Shown piece by piece: positions 29,181 to 39,687 of a stretch of 64,000 bases of DNA (its first letter is position 1; every line of letters begins with the position of its first letter). Where the stretch lies: contig JBLIDT010000009.1 of assembly GCA_047632755.1 (NCBI GenBank), positions 17,424 to 81,423 on the forward strand, given 5' to 3'. Made by a program: the position numbers and the translations under genes. The notes beneath the pieces are model-generated. The model did no database searches. It was not told the DNA's origin and worked only from the letters and a program-made list of their open reading frames with translations. Source of the DNA: Cryomorphaceae bacterium. GTDB lineage: Bacteria > Bacteroidota > Bacteroidia > Flavobacteriales_D > Cryomorphaceae.

Positions 29181-29352
29181 AATTTGCCCATTTAGCCAAG
29201 TATTTGAGCTAACGAGTTCGTTAGCAAGTTGCCAAGCCAAGGCGAAGTCATGGGCGCACGTATTTTTAATAAATCAGGGAATCTGCCTCGGGCGGATGAC
29301 TGATTTTAAAACAAGTGGAACGCAGATCAAGCCGCAGGCATGACAATGGACG

Positions 29353-30654
29353 TTATGGACGGGCACTAAATATGGCGTCTAAGGCTTCCTTCATTGCCGC
29401 GGCTCCTTTCTCAAGGTCTTCTTGGCTATGCGCTCTGGAAACAAACCCTACCTCAAAACCAGATGGCCCTATGTACACACCACGCTCAAGTAACTCTCCA
29501 TGAAAGGCTTTGAAGTAGCTCATTTCTGATTTTTCTACTTCTTCACTTGAGGCTATTTCTTCCTCATTGGTAAAGGCCACCCAGAAAATCGAACCGATAT
29601 GGAAAATCTTGAAAGGGTAGTTTTTTGAAGCAGAAAATTGATTGACATCCTGAGCAAAGGAGGTCGTTTTTTCTTCTAGTTTTTTATAAAAATCGGGTTC
29701 TAGACAAGCTTGAATTTGTGCTTTTCCTGCCGCCATCGCTACAGGGTTTCCGCTCAAAGTTCCAGCTTGGTAAACAGGACCATCTGGAGCAACGCAGCTC
29801 ATTATCTTGTCCGAGGCACCGTAAGCTCCTACGGGCAGACCACCGCCTATTATTTTTCCGAAAGCAATCAAGTCTGGCTGTATATCGTAAAGCCCAGCCG
29901 CTCCTTCAAATCCCACTCGGAACCCCGATATCACTTCGTCGAAAAACAAGGGAATATCCTCTCGATCGCAAACATCGCGCAAGAATTGCAAGAAGTCCTT
30001 GCCTTGAATCAACAGTCCGTTATTCGCAGGGATTGGCTCTATAGCGATGCAAGCTATGTCGCCCCTAAATTTTATTACTGCCTCCTCAATCGCTTCTTTA
30101 TTGTGAAGAGGTAAAACGATGGTTTCTTTGGTGTAAGCCTCAGGAATTCCGGCGGAAGTAGACGTTCCGAGAGTGGCCAATCCACTTCCTGCTTTTACTA
30201 AAAGGGCATCGACATGACCGTGGTAGCAACCTTCGAATTTTATGATCTTGTTGCGCCCCGTGTATCCGCGTGCCAGTCTGATCGCAGACATGGCGGCCTC
30301 TGTTCCCGAATTAACAAAACGGATTTTTTCGATGTAGCGGTGGTTGCTGATGATCAATTCGGCCAATTCGTTTTCGAGGCGTGTCGGTGCTCCAAAAGAA
30401 GTCCCATGTTTTACCGTTTCCGAAACAGCGTTTATGACTTCATCGGGGGCATGTCCGAGAATCAAGGGTCCGTAGGAGCAACAAAAGTCTAAGAACACAT
30501 TTCCATCGGCGTCAGTAATTTTACTTCCCTTAGCGCTTTCGATAAAAAGTGGATTTCCTCCAACGGCTTTAAAGGCTCTCACAGGGCTATTTACTCCTCC
30601 TGGAAATAGTGTTTTTGCTTTCTTAAATAATTTAGCGGATTCTTCCCTTTGCAT
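29353..30654 (-). CDS. hemL: Glutamate-1-semialdehyde 2,1-aminomutase
   Basis: The likely start is ATG 30654 (MQREESAKLFKKAKTLFPGGVNSPVRAFK), giving 433 aa. Class III aminotransferase. The track start at 30729 would overlap kynU. Confidence 0.92.
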   Translation of the reverse strand: MQREESAKLFKKAKTLFPGGVNSPVRAFKAVGGNPLFIESAKGSKITDADGNVFLDFCCSYGPLILGHAPDEVINAVSETVKHGTSFGAPTRLENELAELIISNHRYIEKIRFVNSGTEAAMSAIRLARGYTGRNKIIKFEGCYHGHVDALLVKAGSGLATLGTSTSAGIPEAYTKETIVLPLHNKEAIEEAVIKFRGDIACIAIEPIPANNGLLIQGKDFLQFLRDVCDREDIPLFFDEVISGFRVGFEGAAGLYDIQPDLIAFGKIIGGGLPVGAYGASDKIMSCVAPDGPVYQAGTLSGNPVAMAAGKAQIQACLEPDFYKKLEEKTTSFAQDVNQFSASKNYPFKIFHIGSIFWVAFTNEEEIASSEEVEKSEMSYFKAFHGELLERGVYIGPSGFEVGFVSRAHSQEDLEKGAAAMKEALDAIFSARP

Positions 30655-30727
30655 ATCAGTTACTCTCTTTTCTTGGTCGGTTTGTCGAATGACCTTAATT
30701 TGCAGCAAATTTAATGCTTCACGCGAC

Positions 30728-32008
30728 ATGAAATATCTTCAGGAAAAAGCGCGAAAACTTGATGCCGATGATGAGTTGGCATCCTTTCGCGACGCCTTCC
30801 ACATACCAAAACACCATTCGGGTAATACTGTTTACTTCACAGGAAACAGTTTGGGCCTTCAGCCAAAAAAGGCAAAAGAAATACTAATCGAAGAGCTCGA
30901 TGACTGGGCGGAATTTGGGGTTGAAGGGCATTTCGAAGCACGAAGGCCTTGGGTGAACTACCACGAGCAGCTGATGAAGCCCGCAGCTGACTTGGTTGGC
31001 GCAAAGCCGCACGAAGTGGTGCATATGAACGGTCTTACCGTAAATCTTCACCTGTTGATGGTGAGCTTTTATAGACCTTCTGGTAAGCGGTACAAGATTA
31101 TCTGCGAGGCCAAAGCCTTTCCCAGTGACCAATATGCGCTGGAATCTCAAGTGAAATTTCATGGCTATCAACCCGATGATGCCATCATCGAAGTGGAACC
31201 CAGAGAAGGCGAACACATTATCCGAGAAGAAGATATTATCTCTGCCATTGAAGAAAATTCCGACGAACTTGCTTTGGTATTCTGGGGCGGCGTGAATTAT
31301 TACACCGGTCAGTATTTCGACTTGAAATCGATTGCAGAAGCGGGTCACAAAGCAGGTGCCGTAGTTGGTTACGATTTGGCTCATGCCGCTGGAAATGTTC
31401 CTATGAAATTGCACGATTGGAATGTGGACTTCGCCGCGTGGTGCACCTATAAGTATCTCAACTCTGGTCCAGGTTCCGTGTCGGGAATATTCATTCACGA
31501 AAAACATGCAAACAATTTTGACCTACCGCGATTTGCGGGCTGGTGGGGCCACGATAAGGATGCTCGATTTAAAATGGACAAAGGCTTTAAACCCATTTCG
31601 GGCGCAGAAGGATGGCAATTGAGCAATGCGCCGATCTTCGTCATGGCTCCGCATTTGGCTTCACTGGAGTTGTTTCATCAAGCGGGATTTGACCGAATGC
31701 GTAAAAAAAGCATAGCTCTAACGGCATTCCTTCAGGAGGTCATTGAGGCTGTAGCTAACGAGCACGGCGCTCACATTGAGATTATTACGCCTTCCGATCC
31801 GAGCCGAAGAGGTTGTCAGTTGAGTCTCTTGGCCCACGGTCGTGGAAAAGAACTTTTCAACTTTTTGCAGGATCACGGTGTTCTTGCTGATTGGAGGGAG
31901 CCAAACGTAATTCGAATTGCGCCAGTCCCACTTTACAATAGCTTTACCGATGCCTTGGAGTTTGGAAAAATTCTAAGCTCGGCTTACTCAAAAGAACACA
32001 CAGCATGA
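30728..32008 (+). CDS. kynU: Kynureninase
   Basis: The likely start is ATG 30728 (MKYLQEKARKLDADDELASFRDAFHIP). PLP-lysine context WCTYKYLNSGPG; 426 aa. Confidence 0.88.
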   Translation: MKYLQEKARKLDADDELASFRDAFHIPKHHSGNTVYFTGNSLGLQPKKAKEILIEELDDWAEFGVEGHFEARRPWVNYHEQLMKPAADLVGAKPHEVVHMNGLTVNLHLLMVSFYRPSGKRYKIICEAKAFPSDQYALESQVKFHGYQPDDAIIEVEPREGEHIIREEDIISAIEENSDELALVFWGGVNYYTGQYFDLKSIAEAGHKAGAVVGYDLAHAAGNVPMKLHDWNVDFAAWCTYKYLNSGPGSVSGIFIHEKHANNFDLPRFAGWWGHDKDARFKMDKGFKPISGAEGWQLSNAPIFVMAPHLASLELFHQAGFDRMRKKSIALTAFLQEVIEAVANEHGAHIEIITPSDPSRRGCQLSLLAHGRGKELFNFLQDHGVLADWREPNVIRIAPVPLYNSFTDALEFGKILSSAYSKEHTA

Positions 32009-33345
32009 AAACAGCATTGGTCATAGGTGGTGGTCTCGTAGGATCACTCCACGCAGCAAATCTTGCCCGTAGAGGCCTAAAAGTAAGAGTAATAGAGCGC
32101 CGCCCCGATTTACGAGGGGTTAAGCTTCAGGCAGGAAAGTCGATTAACCTTGCGTTAAGCACCCGTGGCTGGAAGGCTTTGGATATGATTGGCGTTTCTG
32201 ACAAGGTGAGAGAAGTGGCCATACCGATGCACGGGAGAAGAATTCACGATCCTGAGGGAAATGTGAGTTTTCAGCCTTACGGCAAAGAAGGTCAGGCCAT
32301 CTACTCAGTGTCTCGTGGCGAACTAAATTGCGTTTTGCTCGATGAGGCGGAATCATACGATGCTGTGGAAATGCGCTTTAATTGCAAGTGCACAGGTGTC
32401 GATTTCGAAAAAAGCATTGCCTATTTCCAAGATTACAAAACGGGAGAGGAGTTTGAAGAAAAAGCAGATCTGATCTTTGGAACGGATGGTGCCTTCTCGG
32501 CGGTGCGTGGGGATATGCAAAAAACTCAAAGATTCAATTACCAACAGGAATTTATTCCACATGGCTACCGTGAGCTTTTGCTGCCTGCAAAAGAGGATGG
32601 AAGTTACCTGATGGATAAAAACGCCTTGCACATTTGGCCACGAGGCGGCTATATGCTGATTGCACTCCCCAATCCCGATGGTAGTTTTACGTGCACGCTC
32701 TTCATGCCTTATGAGGGAGAAAACTCGTTCAATAATCTGGACAGCGATGAGGCAATTGATACTTTCTTTAAGAAGAAATTTCCCGATTTTTATGACATGA
32801 TGCCCGATTTAGTTGGTGATTATAAAAGTCATCAGCTCTCCGATTTGGTGATCATTCGCTGCTACCCATGGGTAAAAGAAAATACGTGCCTCATGGGAGA
32901 CTCGAGTCACGCCATTGTGCCGTTTTACGGGCAAGGAATGAATTCAGGTTTTGAAGATTGCTCGGTAATGAACGAGCTTTTCGATGAAAACCAGGAAGAT
33001 TGGGATGCAACCCTCGATGCGTTTCAAAAGAAGCGCAAGCCCGACGCAGATGCCATTGCTGAGTTAGCTATGCGCAATTATGTGGAAATGCGCGACTCTG
33101 TTGCCGATCCTAATTTCATTCTTCGGAAGAAAATTGAAGCCAACATTCATGAGCACCACGGCGAGAAATGGATACCGCTTTATTCTCAAGTCACTTTTAG
33201 CAATATTCGATACAGCGAAGCGCTGAAAGAAGGAAAGAGACACGACCGCATTATGGAGAAGGTGATGGATAAATCTGATATTTCTTCTCAATGGGATTCG
33301 CCTGAAATTGAAAGGGAAGCCTTGGAGCTGGCAGGTATTAAATAG
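32005..33345 (+). CDS. kmo: Kynurenine 3-monooxygenase (FAD-dependent)
   Basis: 446 aa. GxGxxG (VIGGGLVGSL) and the KMO-like blocks IALPNPDGSFTCTLF and GDSSHAIVPFYGQGMN. The ATG overlaps the kynU stop (ATGA). Confidence 0.85.
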   Translation: MKTALVIGGGLVGSLHAANLARRGLKVRVIERRPDLRGVKLQAGKSINLALSTRGWKALDMIGVSDKVREVAIPMHGRRIHDPEGNVSFQPYGKEGQAIYSVSRGELNCVLLDEAESYDAVEMRFNCKCTGVDFEKSIAYFQDYKTGEEFEEKADLIFGTDGAFSAVRGDMQKTQRFNYQQEFIPHGYRELLLPAKEDGSYLMDKNALHIWPRGGYMLIALPNPDGSFTCTLFMPYEGENSFNNLDSDEAIDTFFKKKFPDFYDMMPDLVGDYKSHQLSDLVIIRCYPWVKENTCLMGDSSHAIVPFYGQGMNSGFEDCSVMNELFDENQEDWDATLDAFQKKRKPDADAIAELAMRNYVEMRDSVADPNFILRKKIEANIHEHHGEKWIPLYSQVTFSNIRYSEALKEGKRHDRIMEKVMDKSDISSQWDSPEIEREALELAGIK

Positions 33346-33579
33346 ATTCTGGAGAAGTAGCCAATAATCTGAATAAAAAAGGTGCACGAGCAAGTCCATT
33401 GATCAATTCTATGGCGTGGGCGCAGGTAGTTTTAGCAGTCAGGGAGTTGACTAGTTCCAAGGCCTGTATTTAAAATAGGAAGAACGCAGATATCAAAACT
33501 TATAGACGGTCTTTCAGTAACTTTCGTGACGCACGCTCCGTAAGGGTCACATCCCTTAAAGCGTAAAAAATTGCACCAA

Positions 33580-34413
33580 ATGTTAAGACTGTTTATAATA
33601 CTCGTTTTCACCACTTTTCTGAGCGTTGATGGCTTTTGTCAAAACACGCACCTTCAGTATCATGGTGTTTTTCCTGCCCATGGAAATTTTGAGCGCAGAG
33701 GATGGATAGTAAGTCCAATGGTCACATACATGTTACCTCACTTAAAAAAATCTTCTCAGAGAATTTCCCTGCCAGGAGGTACCGCATACGATGTAGCGTA
33801 CAATCCTTCAGGTCGTCTGGGTTTAGGTATGGAAATAGGACGCTTTCATGTCATTGATAACTCAAGGTTGATTTCGCATGTGCAGCTTAATGTGGGAATA
33901 AAGGTCCTTCATGGAATTGAGAGATTCGAAGCGACACTAGACGAAGAAACCAACCCAGGAGGAACCGCTTTCATCAGCAATGAAGGGGTGTTTAGTCACG
34001 CATATACCACAATGAGTTTTGCGGCTACTAACATTCAGCAATTGAGCCGAAAAGGATTTTTGCAAAATTCGATAGGTATAAATGGTGATTACCGCATCGC
34101 GTCGTCAGTCGCTTATGATAGAGGTGGTTTACCAATTGAATTGGCAGATCCAACGAGGTTTATTTTCCAAGCTCACTACAGTTTGGGAATAGGTTTTAAA
34201 CTGGCATCGAACATTTTAGTGGTGCCATCTGTGGAAACACCTATTCTAAATATCTATGAGTATGACGACTTGAAGTCGACACTCAATGTTTTCAATACCC
34301 GCTACAGGCCACTTATTTTTAGCATCCACGTATACGTTCTGGATAAAAAAGCGGACAGGAAATGTCTGAAAAAGAAATCTGGGCGCAGATCAGTCGAACA
34401 GCTGTTTAAATAG
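33580..34413 (+). CDS. Hypothetical exported protein (possible small outer-membrane barrel)
   Basis: ATG 33580 gives the signal peptide MLRLFIILVFTTFLSVDGFCQ. The sequence shows an alternating beta-like pattern and a basic C-terminal tail. No family recognised. Confidence 0.5.
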   Translation: MLRLFIILVFTTFLSVDGFCQNTHLQYHGVFPAHGNFERRGWIVSPMVTYMLPHLKKSSQRISLPGGTAYDVAYNPSGRLGLGMEIGRFHVIDNSRLISHVQLNVGIKVLHGIERFEATLDEETNPGGTAFISNEGVFSHAYTTMSFAATNIQQLSRKGFLQNSIGINGDYRIASSVAYDRGGLPIELADPTRFIFQAHYSLGIGFKLASNILVVPSVETPILNIYEYDDLKSTLNVFNTRYRPLIFSIHVYVLDKKADRKCLKKKSGRRSVEQLFK

Positions 34414-34425
34414 AATAATCTTAGA

Positions 34426-35064
34426 TTACATTCCGCGAAGAAAAGGATTTAATCTTTTTTCTTTCCCTATGGTGGTGTCCTCCATATGACCTGCATAAAC
34501 CTTCGTTTCTTCCGGTAAAGGAAGAAGCTCTTCCCCAATAGATCGCATCAATAAATCCATGCTTCCACCCGGCAAATCGGTTCTCCCGATACTTTGCTCG
34601 AAAAGCACATCGCCGGATAAAAGGATATGGTGTGCCTCGCTGTAAAAAGCCACGTGACCAGGGGAATGCCCAGGCACAAACAAGATTTTTAATTTCTCAT
34701 CTCCTAGTGATATTTCTTCACCTTCGAAGAACAAAGGATGGGGTGATGTAGTATAGTTTAGCCCATACATCTCTGCCACCCTTGGCACTGAAGCTAAAAC
34801 GATCTCTTCCTTTGGATGAATCATAGGTTTGAGACCATAGGTTCGATGAACGAATTCGTTGCCAAAAACATGATCAATGTGGCAATGAGTATTCAACAGA
34901 ATAGTCGGGTTAAGACCTTTCTCATCAATGGTTTTTCGCAGAATATCTTCCTCACTTTTTTCATAGCAGCCTGGATCAATTATTGCGCACTGCCCGTCTT
35001 TGGTAAACAACAGGTAGGTGTTTTCTTGAAACGGACCAAATGTGAATTTATGAACTTGAAGCAT
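34426..35064 (-). CDS. MBL-fold metallo-hydrolase (glyoxalase II-like)
   Basis: 212 aa with the HCHIDH motif, later His/Asp ligands (GHSPGH, SGDVLF) and a terminal His (YAGHMEDT). Confidence 0.85.
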   Translation of the reverse strand: MLQVHKFTFGPFQENTYLLFTKDGQCAIIDPGCYEKSEEDILRKTIDEKGLNPTILLNTHCHIDHVFGNEFVHRTYGLKPMIHPKEEIVLASVPRVAEMYGLNYTTSPHPLFFEGEEISLGDEKLKILFVPGHSPGHVAFYSEAHHILLSGDVLFEQSIGRTDLPGGSMDLLMRSIGEELLPLPEETKVYAGHMEDTTIGKEKRLNPFLRGM

Positions 35065-35176
35065 GAATCGATGTTTACGTGCGAATGTAGGGAATTCGTG
35101 TTGTTGGCTGTTTTAAATGGGTAGTGATATTTGCTATTCCAAAGAAAAAATTCACCCGCGGTTTTAGTTATCTTTA

Positions 35177-38100
35177 ATGCCTCTAATGCAAATTTCTACC
35201 CGTCATCTGATTCTTCTTGTTTCGTCGCTCTTGTGGGCACTTAGCACTAATGGTCAGTTTTATCAAGGGTCTTACCAGGAATTTGGAAAAAACAGAGTTC
35301 AGTACAAAGATTTTTTGTGGCAACAATTCCGCTTCCAAGAGTTTGATACTTATTTCTACGAAGGAGGTCAAGAGCTTGCGGAATTTACGAGTAGGGTAGC
35401 TTCTAAAAATATCCACTCACTGGAAGAAGTGTTTGATTATCCAGTGCGAGATAAGATCCAATTCATTGTATACAACTCTCATTCTGACTTCAAAATGAGT
35501 AACGTTGGAATCAACGGAGACGATGAGGGGAATATTGGTGGAACCACGCAGATTGTTGGCTCCAAAGTCTTTATTTATTTCGAAGGGGACTACATCAAAT
35601 TTGAGCAGAACCTGCGAAAAGGTATTGCGCGAGTGTTGATCAACAAGAGACTATACGGGGGTAATTGGCGCGATGTAATTAAATCATCGACCTTGTTGAA
35701 CTTGCCAGATTGGTACATCGAAGGATTGATTCTTTACGCTTCTCAAGCCGTTGATGATGACGCCCAAAACATCATCAGAAACGATGTCATGACGGGAGCA
35801 TATGAGAAGCTCAACCGACTGGAGGGCAGAAATGCAGCTTTTGCTGGTTATGCTCTATGGTCATACATAGCTAGGACCTACGGCGAAAATATTATCCCCA
35901 ACATTTTGTATATGAGTGGCGTGAGCAGGAATGTAGAGAGTGGATTCCTCTTCGTTTTGGGCAAATCTCTTGATACGATTACAAAAGAATTTATCGCTTA
36001 CTACAGAGGTGAATACGGTTCCATGTCCATGGATAAAACAGCTATATCATTGGACAAACTTGATATAAAGACAAAGGGCGACCGTGTTTTGACCACCTTC
36101 AAAATCAGCCCAGACGGCAGGCATGCGATTTATGTCGATAACATATTGGGCCAATACCGACTTTACCTTTACGATGTCCTTAGCGGAAAGAGAAAAAAAA
36201 TCTTGAAAGCGGAGCACAAGCTGCTTCGAATCCCTGATTTTAGTTTCCCCGTAATTGCGTGGCATCCTTCTTCAGGAGCCTTCACCTACGCAAAGGAGTG
36301 GAGAGGGAAATTGATGCTTTGCACTTACAACCTTGACGATGGGAAAACGACCGAAAGGGAGGTTTTTACTTTGGATGAAATCCTCTCAATGAAGTACAGC
36401 CCCAACGGACAGCAGCTCGTTCTCTCGGCTGTGGATAATGGTCAGACAGATATTTATCTCTACTACAACATTGGCAATAGGCAAGAAAGATTGACCGATG
36501 ATGTCTTTGGAGATTTTGACCCTAGTTTCTCGAAAGATGGAAACAGAATTGTTTTCACTTCAAATCGACCAGACGATACCCTCAGAACAAAGCCTGAGCC
36601 TATAGTATTAGGTCAGAACAGAGATGTTTTTGCCTATGATCTTAAATCGAGATCACCCTATTTAGAGCGGATAACAGATACTCCTGATTTGATCGAAAAA
36701 GATCCGTATCAATATGAAGGGAGACAGTATACTTTTCTGGCCGATTATAAAGGAACCACGAATAGGTATGTCGCCGTTTACGATAGTGCGATCAGTCGGA
36801 TTGATACAACGATTCACTATCGATTCTTTACAGTGGCAGAACCCCTCACCAATTACAATTCTGACCTCCTTGACTACACCGTCCACCCGAATACCGGAGA
36901 GTTCAGTGTACTTACCTATGCGGACAATGACTATCAGTTCTATCACGGGAATACCTCAAACGATGGCGCAGCTACTAGGGTCGCAACCGAAGAAGGTGAA
37001 GGCGGTCTTAGTGAAGAGCCTATAACAAATAGGCCCATTAGGAGAGAATCACTTGAAGAGGCGGAATTGACTTTTCTCCCCGATAAAGAAGAGGAACATT
37101 CAGATCAAGAAATTAATATCAATAATTATAAATTCGAAGGGGAGCCCGATTATACTTACGAGCGTGAGACCATCACCCTCATGGAAGTGCCTTCTGATAA
37201 TGAGGGGTATAGGCCTTCCGAACAAGGTTATACGGTCTTAGACACTTTGCCTCTTCCAGGGGCAAGAAATTACAATGTCAACTTCACTACTGATAAAATT
37301 TTAGCGCAGCTCGACAACACCTTTATGGGTGAGTTCTATCAGCCCTTGTCAGGTCCAGATGGCTTGAACCCTGGTTTGGGTGGTTTGGTTAAATTGGGGG
37401 TTAGTGACTTATTTGAAGACTATAAAATTGTTGGTGGTTTTGGCTTAGCTGGAAGCTTTGACAACAATACCTTCATGGTGATGGCTGAAGACTTGACACG
37501 GAGAACGGATAGACGAATTCAACTTTTCAGACAGCAAAGCAGGTTTTCTCCCAATGGTTTTAACCTTGCTGAAAATGTGACTTATCAAGCGGCTTACAGG
37601 TTGAGTTATCCTTTAAATGAAGTTTTCAGCATTCGTGGCTCAGGGATGTACCGATTCGATGAGTTGATTCTTCTCGCTACCGATCAGTTCAATGCCCCTA
37701 CGCCGAATGAAATTTCAAACTATGCAGGAGTAAAAGGTGAATTGGTCTTTGACAATACGCTACCCATGGGTTTGAATTTGCGCCGTGGAATGAGATGGAA
37801 AGTATGGGGTGAATACTATATGGACCCAACCAATACCGATAGAACTTTCATGACCGTTGGTTTGGATTGGAGAAACTACTACCGAATCCACCGCAATTTG
37901 ATCCTGGCGAGCCGTGTGGGATGGAGCGCTTCCTTTGGGGCTGAGCGGTTGGCGTTCTTCCTCGGCTCGGTAGATAACGCTATGAACCCTCGCGAGGACA
38001 ATTCGCTTCCTTTGGATCCAGAACAGAATTACCAATTTCAAACGCGAGGTGCACCCATGCGTGGTTTCTTTGCCAATGCAAGAAATGGAAACAGCTTTGC

Positions 38101-38449
38101 GGTGATAAACAACGAGCTGAGATGGCCCGTTTTTAGCTACTTTTTCCAAAAGCCTTTGAAGAGTGATTTTTTAGAAAACTTTCAGGTCTTGGGCTTTTTC
38201 GACGTGGGTTCAGCTTGGACAGGTCCAACGCCATATTCTGAAGAAAATAGCTTCAACAGTACTATTCTTCAATCTGGAAATGTGACCATCGAAATTGAGA
38301 ACAACCGCGACCCAGTGATTTATGGATATGGTTTTGGCCTCCGAAGTAAATTATTGGGGTATTTCATCAGAACAGATTGGGCTTGGGGAGTGGATGACGG
38401 CATTACCCTCGACCGCGTATTTTACATATCTTTAGCCATGGACTTCTAG
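35177..38449 (+). CDS. Large outer-membrane protein: TolB-type (PD40) beta-propeller repeats plus an Omp85-like C-terminal barrel
   Basis: 1090 aa with a signal peptide. PD40-like repeats: ISPDGRHAIYVDN, YSPNGQQLVLSAVDNGQTDIYLY, FSKDGNRIVFTSNRPDD. C-terminal barrel-like motifs are VLGFFDVGSAWTG and FGLRSKLLGYFIRTDWAW, and the protein ends in Phe (AMDF). Confidence 0.6.
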   Translation: MPLMQISTRHLILLVSSLLWALSTNGQFYQGSYQEFGKNRVQYKDFLWQQFRFQEFDTYFYEGGQELAEFTSRVASKNIHSLEEVFDYPVRDKIQFIVYNSHSDFKMSNVGINGDDEGNIGGTTQIVGSKVFIYFEGDYIKFEQNLRKGIARVLINKRLYGGNWRDVIKSSTLLNLPDWYIEGLILYASQAVDDDAQNIIRNDVMTGAYEKLNRLEGRNAAFAGYALWSYIARTYGENIIPNILYMSGVSRNVESGFLFVLGKSLDTITKEFIAYYRGEYGSMSMDKTAISLDKLDIKTKGDRVLTTFKISPDGRHAIYVDNILGQYRLYLYDVLSGKRKKILKAEHKLLRIPDFSFPVIAWHPSSGAFTYAKEWRGKLMLCTYNLDDGKTTEREVFTLDEILSMKYSPNGQQLVLSAVDNGQTDIYLYYNIGNRQERLTDDVFGDFDPSFSKDGNRIVFTSNRPDDTLRTKPEPIVLGQNRDVFAYDLKSRSPYLERITDTPDLIEKDPYQYEGRQYTFLADYKGTTNRYVAVYDSAISRIDTTIHYRFFTVAEPLTNYNSDLLDYTVHPNTGEFSVLTYADNDYQFYHGNTSNDGAATRVATEEGEGGLSEEPITNRPIRRESLEEAELTFLPDKEEEHSDQEININNYKFEGEPDYTYERETITLMEVPSDNEGYRPSEQGYTVLDTLPLPGARNYNVNFTTDKILAQLDNTFMGEFYQPLSGPDGLNPGLGGLVKLGVSDLFEDYKIVGGFGLAGSFDNNTFMVMAEDLTRRTDRRIQLFRQQSRFSPNGFNLAENVTYQAAYRLSYPLNEVFSIRGSGMYRFDELILLATDQFNAPTPNEISNYAGVKGELVFDNTLPMGLNLRRGMRWKVWGEYYMDPTNTDRTFMTVGLDWRNYYRIHRNLILASRVGWSASFGAERLAFFLGSVDNAMNPREDNSLPLDPEQNYQFQTRGAPMRGFFANARNGNSFAVINNELRWPVFSYFFQKPLKSDFLENFQVLGFFDVGSAWTGPTPYSEENSFNSTILQSGNVTIEIENNRDPVIYGYGFGLRSKLLGYFIRTDWAWGVDDGITLDRVFYISLAMDF

Positions 38450-38466
38450 GCCACTGATCTGCCTGA

Positions 38467-39681
38467 ATGTCTTTCAAAAAAGTTCCAAACATGATCCTTC
38501 TTGACGACTTAGCTTCATCGGCAGATGCTGCCTTGGAAGACCTTATTGAGATTCGTAGACACCTACATGCCAACCCGGAACTTTCGTTCCATGAAGAAAA
38601 AACGGCGGCATACGTTTCCAATAGATTAACAGAGCTTGGTATTCCGCATAAGTCGGGCATCGGTGGTCACGGAATTGTCGCTGACATTGTAGGAGAGATG
38701 GACGGTAAAGTGGTAGCCATAAGAGGCGATATGGACGCTTTGCCAATCACAGAATTAAATGAAGTTTCTTACGCTTCCAGAAACAAAGGAATCATGCACG
38801 CTTGCGGACACGATGTCCACACCACGTGTATTCTTGGCGCCGCAAGACTATTGCAAGAAAGAAAGTCATCACTGCAAGGAACGGTCAGATTAATTTTCCA
38901 ACCAGCAGAAGAACGAATTCCTGGAGGTGCGTCCTTAATGATTAAGGATGGAGCATTGAAAAATCCAGACGTGCAACTCATTTTTGGCCAGCATGTTTAC
39001 CCTGATATGGAAGTGGGAAATGTAGGTTTTAGGCCAGGTATGTACATGGCCTCCGCCGATGAGATTTACATCACTATTAAGGGCAAAGGCGGTCATGCAG
39101 GGCTACCGCATAAATGCATAGACACCATTCTAATGGCCTCACAAGTCGTAACGTCTATTCAGCAGCTTGTTAGCAGAAGAGCCAATGCGAGCACACCCAC
39201 TGTCGTGTCTATCGGAAAATTCATAGGGAATGGCGCCACCAATGTGATACCCGATGAGGTAAAGCTGGAGGGGACGATTCGAACGATGAATGAAAAATGG
39301 AGATATGAATTGCATGATTTGCTCAAAGACCTCGTTTCAGGAATTTGCAAGTCAATGGGTGGTTCAGCTGAAATTGAAGTTAGAAATGGATATCCCGCTT
39401 TGATCAATGACAATGACCTTACCGCTTGGGCAAAACAAAAAGCCATTGAGTTACTTGGAGAAGAGAATGTGCACGATCTCGATTTGAGAATGACCGCAGA
39501 AGATTTTTCTTATTTCGCCCAAGAGATTCCTGCTTGTTTTTACCGGTTGGGAACTTCTAATGCCAGCAAAGGACTGGGTGCTCCGCTTCACACGGGGAAA
39601 TTCGATATAGACGAAGATGCCCTGCGGATAGGTTCATCGCTTATGGCTACGCTTGCCGCGAAGGCTTTGGAAGAAAGGTAG
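38467..39681 (+). CDS. M20-family amidohydrolase (N-acyl-amino-acid amidohydrolase-like)
   Basis: 404 aa. Motifs: HANPELSFHE, MHACGHDVH, FQPAEE. Confidence 0.85.
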   Translation: MSFKKVPNMILLDDLASSADAALEDLIEIRRHLHANPELSFHEEKTAAYVSNRLTELGIPHKSGIGGHGIVADIVGEMDGKVVAIRGDMDALPITELNEVSYASRNKGIMHACGHDVHTTCILGAARLLQERKSSLQGTVRLIFQPAEERIPGGASLMIKDGALKNPDVQLIFGQHVYPDMEVGNVGFRPGMYMASADEIYITIKGKGGHAGLPHKCIDTILMASQVVTSIQQLVSRRANASTPTVVSIGKFIGNGATNVIPDEVKLEGTIRTMNEKWRYELHDLLKDLVSGICKSMGGSAEIEVRNGYPALINDNDLTAWAKQKAIELLGEENVHDLDLRMTAEDFSYFAQEIPACFYRLGTSNASKGLGAPLHTGKFDIDEDALRIGSSLMATLAAKALEER

Positions 39682-39687
39682 GCAGCG

